Part shown: positions 8,747-16,191 of the stretch, in pieces
Position numbering within the stretch: position 1 is the first letter of the stretch
Layout of the letters: each line of letters starts with the position of its first letter
Assembly (NCBI GenBank): GCA_964505035.1
Contig: CAZDGK010000002.1
Coordinates: forward strand, 1-56,822
Direction: 5' to 3'
DNA length: 56,822 nt
DNA from: an uncultured Candidatus Saccharimonadales bacterium
GTDB taxonomy: Bacteria > Patescibacteriota > Saccharimonadia > UBA4664
The notes under the pieces: model-generated
Database searches by the model: none
Told to the model about the DNA's origin: nothing
Seen by the model: only the letters and a program-made list of their open reading frames with translations
Program-made: the position numbers and the translations under genes

Positions 8747-9279
8747 TTGCTATTGCTGGGCCACCCAACTCGGGCAAGAGCTCTCAGGGTGAGCGACTGG
8801 CTGAGCGGCTGGGGGCGGTGTATCTATCGACCGGCCAGCTGCTGCGCGACGAAGCCAACCCGCAACTAATGGCAACGATGGGCCGGGGCGACTTGGTGCC
8901 GGCAGCACAGTTGGAGCGGCTGCTGGGCGCGGCGATCGCGGCGGTGCCTGCTGCGCAGATGATTGTGATGGATGGCCCAAAGAAGCCGCAGGAGGCAGAC
9001 TGGCTGATGGCTAAGCTGCCAGAGCTAGGCCGCCGGCTTGAGCGGGTGGTTTTGCTGCAGATTAGCGAGGCAGTGGCACGGCGGCGAAGCCTGAAGCGCG
9101 GCCGGTACGATGAAGCGGGTGAGGTGCTCAACGAGCGGTGGCGGCGCTACCGGGAAGAGACGATGCTTGGCATTGAGCGCTACCGGTCGGCCGGCTTGGT
9201 GACTGAAGTGGATGCATATGGATCGCCTGGTGAGGTGGCTCGGCGGATTGCTTTGGCGTTGGGTTTGAATGAGGTCTAA
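8725..9279 (+). CDS. Adenylate-kinase-family NMP kinase (short LID)
   Basis: P-loop GPPNSGKSS and NMP-binding STGQLLRDE. It overlaps the upstream gene by 22 nt. Confidence 0.6.
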   Translation: MDSVGRVIAIAGPPNSGKSSQGERLAERLGAVYLSTGQLLRDEANPQLMATMGRGDLVPAAQLERLLGAAIAAVPAAQMIVMDGPKKPQEADWLMAKLPELGRRLERVVLLQISEAVARRRSLKRGRYDEAGEVLNERWRRYREETMLGIERYRSAGLVTEVDAYGSPGEVARRIALALGLNEV

Positions 9280-9288
9280 CCAGCTCGA

Positions 9289-10599
9289 TTAGCGGGGGTC
9301 CTGGGTGAGCAGGTAGCGGGTGCTGCCGAAGGCAATTTTATCGGCTACATAGCCCTCGGTGCCGATAAGACGGGCCGGGATGAGGGTGAGGTCGCCATAG
9401 CGGTCGTTGACGACTTGCAGCGCCTGGTCGACACGCTCGTCACGCTGGGCGAGGGTTTCGTAGAGGTGAAGCTGTTCGTGGTGGCGTGGTTCGAGCAGGT
9501 AGGTGGACAGGCTGAAGCTGAGGACGGTTTGGCCCGCCGGACTTTGATTGAATAGCCAGATGGTGCGTTCGAATAGGTCGTGTAGGTTGGCGGCTGGCGC
9601 GCCAAAGACATGGCGGCGAAACCAGCGGTTGGACCAGCGCCTGGACCAACCATCGGTGAAGCGGCCGGTGCCGGCACTGGGTGGCGAGACGTAGTTGATG
9701 TTGAGGTGGACACCTCGGGCGGCTAGGTCAAACTTGCGCAGGCGCCGGCTGATGTAGTAGCAGAGCTTGTAGAGGACCTGGCCGAGCTCCTCTGGGTCGG
9801 CTGTGCGGTGGTGTAGGACATATTGCTTGCCGACCTGGCGCATACCGAAGGTGATGTCGTCGACTTCGTAGCCGCGTAGGCGGTAATACCAGTGGCGGCC
9901 ATGGATGCTGCCAAAGACCTGCTTGCTAAGGACTCGCTCGGGGGTGTGCAGGAATTCGTAGGGGGTAGCGATACCATTGGCCATGAGCCTGGCTCGCAGG
10001 CGGTGGTTGATGCCGTTGAGATCCATGAGCTTGGTGTAGTGATAGACGCCTTCTAGGTTGTGCTGAGTGATGACGTCGAGGCCATCTGGCTTGTTGAGGC
10101 CGGCGGCGAGCTTGGCCAGGAACCAATTAGAGGCTAGACCGACATTGATAGTCATCCAGCTCCCGAGAGCTTCCTTGACGCGGTCTTTGATCTCGTACCC
10201 AATGTCCTCGAGCGACCGGCCTCGTCGAAGCGTAGTGGTGCCGCGGAAGTCTAGAACGCCTTCGTCGATGGACTTCATCGTGACACGGGGCGCATAGTCC
10301 TCGAAGATGCCCTTGATGACGCCATGGACGTAGCGGTATTTGGGTGGGTCGGTTTCGACGATGGCGATGCCAGGGGCGAGCTGCCTGGCTTCATGCACGC
10401 TGGTGCCGCAGCGGACGCCAAGCCGCTTGGCCTCGTAGGATGGAGCGATGATGGTGCCCCACTCACTGCCGGCGCGGTTGGTGACGCCGACTGGCCGGCC
10501 TCGAAGCAGGGGATTGGCTTGCTGTTCAGTCATGGCAAAGCAGGCGTTGAGATCAATGTGCATGATCTCGCTGGGCGCGGGGTTGATGGGTAACTCCAT
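9289..10599 (-). CDS. Y-family DNA polymerase (UmuC/DinB-like)
   Basis: MHIDLNACFAMTEQ (D-x-N as in UmuC) and SIDEGVLD catalytic motifs. Trimmed to ATG 10599. GGAGG lies 13 nt upstream. ATG 10563 is an alternative start. Confidence 0.85.
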   Translation of the reverse strand: MELPINPAPSEIMHIDLNACFAMTEQQANPLLRGRPVGVTNRAGSEWGTIIAPSYEAKRLGVRCGTSVHEARQLAPGIAIVETDPPKYRYVHGVIKGIFEDYAPRVTMKSIDEGVLDFRGTTTLRRGRSLEDIGYEIKDRVKEALGSWMTINVGLASNWFLAKLAAGLNKPDGLDVITQHNLEGVYHYTKLMDLNGINHRLRARLMANGIATPYEFLHTPERVLSKQVFGSIHGRHWYYRLRGYEVDDITFGMRQVGKQYVLHHRTADPEELGQVLYKLCYYISRRLRKFDLAARGVHLNINYVSPPSAGTGRFTDGWSRRWSNRWFRRHVFGAPAANLHDLFERTIWLFNQSPAGQTVLSFSLSTYLLEPRHHEQLHLYETLAQRDERVDQALQVVNDRYGDLTLIPARLIGTEGYVADKIAFGSTRYLLTQDPR

Positions 10600-10618
10600 G
10601 GGTTTGTAAGAGCCTCCG

Positions 10619-10897
10619 TTAGGCTTCGGTGCTGAGTCGCAGCAGCTGCCAGGTGAGGGCTTCGGCGTCAAACTCTAGCTCAAAACAGGAGCCGTTGTGA
10701 CTGAAGGTAAACCGGTGTAGCATCCGCCGGCCTTTGCTCGTGGGCCAGCGCAGGCCCGTGTCGGTGATACGGTAGCGGCGACCACGCCACTCCATGACTT
10801 CGGGTTTGGCAAGGCTACCGCCCCGGCTGGCGTGCCGGAAGGAGGCTAGGACGTGGACTGGCTCGTTAACCTCTTCGGTATTCAGGTCGGTGCTCAT
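10619..10897 (-). CDS. 92-aa orphan protein between the 4HB and polymerase genes
   Basis: Trimmed to ATG 10897, with AGGAGG 4 nt upstream. The gaps to its neighbours are 17 and 19 nt. No family recognised. Confidence 0.55.
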   Translation of the reverse strand: MSTDLNTEEVNEPVHVLASFRHASRGGSLAKPEVMEWRGRRYRITDTGLRWPTSKGRRMLHRFTFSHNGSCFELEFDAEALTWQLLRLSTEA

Positions 10898-10914
10898 GAG
10901 GCCTCCTGAGGGGC

Positions 10915-11322
10915 TTAGATGGCGGCTGAGGCCATTTCTTCTTTGGCAGTGATCTCGGTTTTTTCTTGGCGCTCGGCTAGCTTGGTTTTGAGCCACTTGC
11001 TGAGACCCCAGGATTGTTTGATAACACCGGTATACTCGTTGAGTAGCTCGGTAGTGGCGCCGAAGGCACGAGCAGTCTCTAGATGCTTTTGGGTAACCTC
11101 GGCTTCGCGGCGGGCAGCAGCTAGGGAGTCGAGCTTGAGCCGGTAGCTGAAGAGACGGTGGGTTTCCATGATATGGTGGGAGACGGCGGCGCTGGAGCGG
11201 CGGAGATCGTTGCCCAGGCCATAGAACTGCTCGGCCGGAAGGTTTTTAACCAGCTCGTAGACTTGGTCTTCGAGTCCGCGGGCGGTTCGGTAAATGCGTA
11301 ACTGTTCGATTGATTCAGACAT
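10915..11322 (-). CDS. Four-helix-bundle protein (23S rRNA IVS / Avd-like family)
   Basis: Trimmed to ATG 11322 with SD AAGGAGG. The stretch LPAEQFYGLGNDLRRSSAAVSHHIMET matches the FP..E.YGL..Q.RRAA.S...NIAEG signature of this family. Confidence 0.75.
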   Translation of the reverse strand: MSESIEQLRIYRTARGLEDQVYELVKNLPAEQFYGLGNDLRRSSAAVSHHIMETHRLFSYRLKLDSLAAARREAEVTQKHLETARAFGATTELLNEYTGVIKQSWGLSKWLKTKLAERQEKTEITAKEEMASAAI

Positions 11323-11356
11323 GTGTAATCCTCCTTGATTATCACCCTCCGTAGGT

Positions 11357-11385
11357 AGGATACCGAATATAAACCGAACAGTCAA
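11357..11385 (-). promoter_or_regulatory. Promoter of the 4HB/orphan/polymerase operon, with a direct-repeat box in the spacer
   Basis: Minus strand reads TTGACT-17 nt-TATCCT. The spacer contains GTTCggtttatATTC (plus-strand coordinates 11365-11379). Confidence 0.55.
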
Positions 11386-11390
11386 GCCTT

Positions 11391-11416
11391 GAGAAAACCC
11401 GCTGATAGGGCGGGTT
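11391..11416 (-). terminator. Rho-independent terminator of ORF 11427..11675
   Basis: Minus strand reads aacccgc-cctatca-gcgggtt followed by TTTTCTC. Confidence 0.7.
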
Positions 11417-11426
11417 CCTCAGGGAT

Positions 11427-11675
11427 TTAGACGGAATGAGCGGGCTTAGCGGGGAACAGAGTCTGTTCCTGAGGCCGCTGGTGAGGGTAGCGCGGGCTGT
11501 GGCCGAGGGAGTCCTCGGTGATGCGGGCGACTTGGTCCTCGTTGAGGCCGGGTTGCCTTGAGTAGGGGGCTTCCAAGGCTTCCTGAGCCTCGGGGTCCAT
11601 GCTACTTAGCGGATCGTTTGTGGTGTGAGTTTCCAGATAGGAAAGCTCATATTCGTCCCATTTTTCTTCTTGCAT
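11427..11675 (-). CDS. Acidic hypothetical protein (82 aa)
   Basis: ORF bounded by its own terminator and by an upstream extended -10 (TGgTAAAAT on the minus strand). No family recognised. Confidence 0.45.
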   Translation of the reverse strand: MQEEKWDEYELSYLETHTTNDPLSSMDPEAQEALEAPYSRQPGLNEDQVARITEDSLGHSPRYPHQRPQEQTLFPAKPAHSV

Positions 11676-11726
11676 ATATACCTCACTTACATTGCCTCAC
11701 CACAGGCTGTCGGTGTTCCGCGGCAG

Positions 11727-11761
11727 CCTGAATGACGTTATTTAAAATAGCGTCATTCAGG
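11727..11761. repeat. Perfect 11-bp inverted repeat with a 13-nt A/T loop
   Basis: cctgaatgacg-ttatttaaaatag-cgtcattcagg. A third half-site, tagcgtcatt, lies at 11771-11780. Confidence 0.8.
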
Positions 11762-11833
11762 GCTAACAGGTAGCGTCATTTTACCAAAATTGACAAGGTT
11801 GAATAACGCTTTGCTTGTGATATAACACCAATG

Positions 11834-13024
11834 CTAGACGGTTTCGGGGGTGTCTTGATAGAACATGAGACCCAACTTGATCTGCAGAGCGTCGTCGAAA
11901 TGGCGTGGGTCCAGACCGATGAGCTTCTTGGTCTTGTCGAGACGGTAAATGAGAGTATTGCGGTGGATGTGGAGCTTGTCGGCGGCTTCGGTGAGGTTGA
12001 GGCCGCTAGCTAAGAAGGCCTGGACGGTTTTGAAGAGCTGCTCGTCGCGCAGGAGGGGCGAGAGAATTTGATGGGCCAGCTCGGCCTTGCGGTCCTGGCT
12101 GGTGTTGGCCAGGGTGATGAACATGCCGACGCGCTTGATGTGATAGGTGCGGCCGAGCCCCCAGACTTTGCTGCCGACTTCCAGGGCGAGTTTGGCATCC
12201 TGGTAACTTTTGCGCAGGCCGCGCAGATCTGGATAGAACTGACCGATGCCGATGGTGACGGAGTACTTTAGTTGTAATTTTTGCAACAATTCAAACAGGT
12301 AGTCGCTTTTTTCGGTAAGGTAGCGGATGGTGTTGAGGGTGGTTAGATTGTCGCCGGTGATGCCTTTGAGGAGGGCAAACTGATCTGAGCCGACGTAGGC
12401 CACGAGGTTTTCGGGGAGGTTCTGCAGGCCTTCACGAATGCGCTGGCTGAGACTCTCGGTGACCTGGTCGAGCTGGAGCTGTTGCTCTTCGGAAGAGAGA
12501 TGGGAGTGGTCCTTGCGGACGCGGTTCTCGAGCCCGTCGAGATGGATAATGACGGCGGCTTGCGGGGTGCGGAGGTTGAGCTGCAGGATGTCGGCCTGCC
12601 GGTAGATGTCGTCGACATCGACGGAATTCTCGGTGAGAGCATGGTGAATGAAGTCGGCTCGGACGCGCTCGGCAGACTGGATCTTATCGAGCAGGAAATG
12701 CTGGTAGACGATGACCTCGGCTAGCCCTTGCAGCAGAGTGGTGGCCTCCTGGGTGATGGGGCCGGTATCAAGTGGCAGACCAAACACGGCAATGGTTTGG
12801 TCTTCGTAAACGAATGGCCACCACTTGGTCTGGCGCTCCTCGAAATCGCCGGTCAGGGCGTGGCCGGTTTGGGCGACATTGAGGGCTTCGGGGACGAAGA
12901 CGCGCTTCTGGCCGTTGTTGCTGGCAATGAGCTGGCCGGCGAGGTCGCACAGAATAATGTCACGCTTGAGGATAGAGTGAGCTTTGTCGACGATTTGCTT
13001 GGCGAGGGCGCTATTGAGTAACAC
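11834..13024 (-). CDS. CdaR/PucR-family transcriptional regulator (paralog 2)
   Basis: C-terminal PucR-type HTH LNLTEAADKLHIHRNTLIYRLDKTKKLIGLDP. GTG 13024 gives MLLNSALAKQIVDK, which parallels the paralog's N-terminus. TTG 13039 is an alternative start. Confidence 0.8.
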   Translation of the reverse strand: MLLNSALAKQIVDKAHSILKRDIILCDLAGQLIASNNGQKRVFVPEALNVAQTGHALTGDFEERQTKWWPFVYEDQTIAVFGLPLDTGPITQEATTLLQGLAEVIVYQHFLLDKIQSAERVRADFIHHALTENSVDVDDIYRQADILQLNLRTPQAAVIIHLDGLENRVRKDHSHLSSEEQQLQLDQVTESLSQRIREGLQNLPENLVAYVGSDQFALLKGITGDNLTTLNTIRYLTEKSDYLFELLQKLQLKYSVTIGIGQFYPDLRGLRKSYQDAKLALEVGSKVWGLGRTYHIKRVGMFITLANTSQDRKAELAHQILSPLLRDEQLFKTVQAFLASGLNLTEAADKLHIHRNTLIYRLDKTKKLIGLDPRHFDDALQIKLGLMFYQDTPETV

Positions 13025-14147
13025 GGCCGGGCTCCACAAAACGGTTATAGAGGATAGCTAGCTTGATCTGGATGGCGTCATCGAAGACTCGGGGGTCGAG
13101 GCCGAGGGTTTCGGTAATACGGTCGAGGCGGTACACGAGCGTGTTGCGGTGGATGCCGAGCGTCTCGGCGGTACGGGTGAGGGACATATCGAAGGCGAAG
13201 AAGGCTTCGAGCGTCTGGATGATTTCTTGGTTTTCGCCCAGGCGCTCGAGAAGCTCACGGGAGAAGTAGATGTTGGACTCGTCCACGCCGGAGAGCAGTG
13301 GCGCGACGACGCCGAAATCGTCGATATGGTAGATGCGGTCTTGGTCCCAGGTCTGGGCGCCGAGCTCGATGGCCGAGATGGCTTCATGGTAGCTCTGGCG
13401 CAGGCCTTCGAGGCCGGGGTGATAGTTGCCGACGCCGACGGTGGCGGGGAGCTTGAGTTCACTCTTGAGGATGCCGTAGATGGCGCTGAGAGACTTCTTG
13501 AAGGCTTCGAGATGCGTGGCTAACTCGCCGCCCTCTTCGGGTAGCAGATCTTTGAGAATGCAGAAGCTGGTGCCGCCCAGGTAGCTGACAACGTTTTCGC
13601 GACTGGAGGTGTAGAACGAATTGAGTGCGCGGGTGATGCCGAATTTGTAGCGGGTGAGGCGGACTTCGCGGTCGCCGGCGGGGTCGCGCAGGCGACTGGT
13701 GAGCTGCGGATCGTCGATCTGGATGACGATGGCAATGCGCGGCCGCTCGAGCTGGATGTCGAACAGGCGGGCTTCGGCGGCCAGCAGTGGCCAGTCGGGC
13801 TGTGGTTGGTTGAGCAGGTCGTAGATGAACTTGTCGAGCCGCTCGTCGGCGCGGGGGATTTGCTCGAGCACGAGGGACTGGTGCATGACAAGCTCGGCGA
13901 TGGAGCGGATGAGTGGGGCGATCTCGGCATGGTTGGACATCTCGGCCTCGAGAATGATGTAGCCGACGACATTGCCGCCGTAGGAGAAGGGGATGGCCCA
14001 GGGGAAGTCAGCTAGCTTGACGGCTTCGGAGCTGAGGGCGGGAGTGGCGGCGAGGGTTTGGCCAGTGGCGTCGACGATACGCAGCTCCTGGCTGACCAGG
14101 GCGCTGACTTTGGCGCGTATCTTGTCGGCGATTTGCTGACTCAGCAT
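13011..14147 (-). CDS. CdaR/PucR-family transcriptional regulator (paralog 1)
   Basis: HTH TRTAETLGIHRNTLVYRLDRITETLGLDP. Trimmed to ATG 14147 (MLSQQIADKI). Confidence 0.8.
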   Translation of the reverse strand: MLSQQIADKIRAKVSALVSQELRIVDATGQTLAATPALSSEAVKLADFPWAIPFSYGGNVVGYIILEAEMSNHAEIAPLIRSIAELVMHQSLVLEQIPRADERLDKFIYDLLNQPQPDWPLLAAEARLFDIQLERPRIAIVIQIDDPQLTSRLRDPAGDREVRLTRYKFGITRALNSFYTSSRENVVSYLGGTSFCILKDLLPEEGGELATHLEAFKKSLSAIYGILKSELKLPATVGVGNYHPGLEGLRQSYHEAISAIELGAQTWDQDRIYHIDDFGVVAPLLSGVDESNIYFSRELLERLGENQEIIQTLEAFFAFDMSLTRTAETLGIHRNTLVYRLDRITETLGLDPRVFDDAIQIKLAILYNRFVEPGRVTQ

Positions 14148-14304
14148 GCTTCCAAACCTCTTACGCTGGCACTTCACACAATACAATTACTAGCCTAACG
14201 CGGCTGACGTTTGGCCCGCAAGCATTAGCGGAATGTATTTTTGTGGCCCTGGTAAGAGGAAAGCACAAACCCCGCAGGCGCGGGGTTGGCTGGGGAATAA
14301 TATC

Positions 14305-14381
<77 letters not shown>

Positions 14382-14474
14382 ACGACTTTGAGATGATAGC
14401 GTATTTTGGGCCGCGAAGAAAGAGGAAGGCCTGCTGGCAATGTGCAGCAGGCCCGGTGTGCTTGGGTTGTGGTG

Positions 14475-14939
14475 TCAGGCGGACGGCTGGTCGGCGCTGA
14501 GCTCCTCGTAGGCCTGCCGCACTGCTGTGCGACGGTTTTCGAGGTCCTGGCGCCAGTCGGCGCTGGACTTGACGGCTGCCGAGGCCCGGAAGTTGCCCGG
14601 CTGCTCGCGCATCTCCTTGAGGATCTTGAGCACAATCGCGTACTCGGTGACGACCTCGTCAGTGCGGGGCTTGACGCGCCGCAGCTTGACCAGCCGCCAG
14701 ACGGCCTCGTTGATGTCGCTGGACAGCGGGTTCCGGCGGTCGGCGTAGTAGAGCTGCAGGTTCTTGGCCACGATGAAGGCCAAGAGCGGCACGGACACGA
14801 GGGGGAGTGCGATCATGATGATGCAGCCCACGGTCGTGTAGCGCTTCTTCGACAACTCCAGGTGGAAACGGTTCGTCGGGATGATGAGATCCAGGACGAG
14901 CGCGCCTGCGCCGGCAGCGAACCAATAGAGCCAAAACAC
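14475..14939 (-). CDS. Membrane protein (hypothetical, 154 aa)
   Basis: Two N-terminal hydrophobic segments followed by a charged helical C-terminus. The hairpin ggcctgctg/cagcaggcc lies downstream. Confidence 0.5.
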   Translation of the reverse strand: MFWLYWFAAGAGALVLDLIIPTNRFHLELSKKRYTTVGCIIMIALPLVSVPLLAFIVAKNLQLYYADRRNPLSSDINEAVWRLVKLRRVKPRTDEVVTEYAIVLKILKEMREQPGNFRASAAVKSSADWRQDLENRRTAVRQAYEELSADQPSA

Positions 14940-15027
14940 AGTTGCCTCCCGAGGGATAGGCGGGTAGTGGACTTGGTAATTGTATAATAAATTGATCTAT
15001 AGGTCAATAGATTGGACGAATAATTCC

Positions 15028-15104
15028 TGGTGGATCCTAGAGGATTCGAACCTCTGACCCCTTCAACGTCAATGAAGTGCTCTAGCCAGCTGAGCTAAGG
15101 ATCC
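15028..15104 (-). tRNA. tRNA-Val(GAC), CCA encoded
   Basis: Reverse complement GGATCCT-TA-GCTC-AGCTGGCTA-GAGC-A-CTTCA-TTGACGT-TGAAG-GGGTC-AGAGG-TTCGAAT-CCTCT-AGGATCC-A-CCA. Confidence 0.9.
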
Positions 15105-15166
15105 GGGTACTACAAGGGAGAACTATAGCGTAAAATGATGATCAATTCAATATTTTAGGGGAGGCT

Positions 15167-15976
15167 ATGGCGGAGCAAGATCTGAAGTCGAATGTGGAAC
15201 CGGAAGCGGGATGGGAACAGGCCAAGCTGAGCAGCGCGCTTGGTGCTGAGCCTGAGACTACCGAGCGGGCTGCCTATACTCCTACTCCGGCGGCGCGGCT
15301 GATTATCGAAAGCTTTCGTTTTAGCCAGGGTGGATTGGCAGTCCAGGTGGGGTGGCTGAGCTACCTGCGGACGGCTCATCCGGAATGCATGACGCTCGAA
15401 AAGGTATTGGCAGCCAAGGAGACGGTGATCAAGCTAGCTGAGGAGTATACCAGGCCAGATAGTCACATGAAGTTCACGGCTGTTGAACATCATGAAGCGG
15501 TAGCGGGGATGGTAAACACCGTTTATGGTCAACTAGAGTCTTTATTGAATAGGCGGCCCCAAGAGTCGACGCCGGAAAATCTGAGGAATATGAGGCTCAG
15601 TCTGATGATGTCGATGATTGGTGGTGACTACGACTATTTGCGTGCGAATGCGACGGGTAGAAAGCGGTCGGTTGACGACAGTGGAGGTGAGCCAACAACA
15701 AACAGTCGCTACCTCAGCCAGTTTGCCTTTTATGGGCTGGAGGGCCATCCGACTCCAGTTGAGTACCGGGAAGTGTTTGAACAGTTTCCGCAGTTGCTCG
15801 GGGAGTGTTGGGATGAGGAAATCAGACTACGCGAGGGTGGTTATGATATGCGAACGACAACTGTCGGGCTAGCGGCTCAGGCGGTGGTGGGGCGATACTG
15901 GCAGGTTTACCCGTCGGCCAGAGAGAATACGCCGGCCGAGCTGAGGGAGCTGATCGAACACGGACCCGTCGCGTAG
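15167..15976 (+). CDS. Hypothetical protein (269 aa)
   Basis: SD GGGGAGG upstream of ATG 15167. No family recognised. Confidence 0.5.
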   Translation: MAEQDLKSNVEPEAGWEQAKLSSALGAEPETTERAAYTPTPAARLIIESFRFSQGGLAVQVGWLSYLRTAHPECMTLEKVLAAKETVIKLAEEYTRPDSHMKFTAVEHHEAVAGMVNTVYGQLESLLNRRPQESTPENLRNMRLSLMMSMIGGDYDYLRANATGRKRSVDDSGGEPTTNSRYLSQFAFYGLEGHPTPVEYREVFEQFPQLLGECWDEEIRLREGGYDMRTTTVGLAAQAVVGRYWQVYPSARENTPAELRELIEHGPVA

Positions 15977-15982
15977 AGCGTT

Positions 15983-16011
15983 TTGACTTGAGCGTGAGCG
16001 TGGCGTATACT
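15983..16011 (+). promoter_or_regulatory. thrS promoter
   Basis: TTGACT-17 nt-TATACT. Confidence 0.7.
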
Positions 16012-16018
16012 CGGGCTA

Positions 16019-16170
16019 GTCCAAGAGAGTGTTGACCGGGCCTTACCACCCCGCGAGCTCCGCTGCCGGTGGCGCACATCGGCGAAGAAAGTGCCGTCTC
16101 TATGACGGAAGTCTGGTGGAACCGCCCGATACGATGGGCCCAGACGCGCGGAAGACCGGCGCGTCTTTTG
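16019..16170 (+). promoter_or_regulatory. T-box leader (Thr) with intrinsic terminator
   Basis: AGAGAG near the 5' end. The T-box-like sequence cuGGUGGAACCGCC lies at 16113-16126. The terminator agacgcgcgg-aaga-ccggcgcgtct plus TTTT lies at 16141-16170, directly upstream of thrS. Confidence 0.75.
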
Positions 16171-16191
16171 CGTATTAAGGGAGAGAGTTCG

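Noticed and set aside
6610-8777. Pro/Arg/Ser-rich minus-strand ORFs (6610..7356, 6701..7369, 7387..8106, 8103..8777) overlapping rplY, nrdR and the kinase genes.
   Set aside because: Their low-complexity composition is typical of antisense or off-frame reading of high-GC coding DNA. The overlapping frames encode recognisable proteins.
9289-11385. Diversity-generating retroelement (DGR), suggested by the Avd-like four-helix-bundle gene.
   Set aside because: No reverse transcriptase ORF (YxDD-type motif) was seen in any frame, and I saw no template/variable repeat pair nearby. The adjacent polymerase is a DNA-templated Y-family enzyme.
16069-16191. The 41-codon N-terminal extension of thrS offered by the ORF track.
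   Set aside because: This region contains the T-box sequence and the leader terminator. A good SD precedes ATG 16192.
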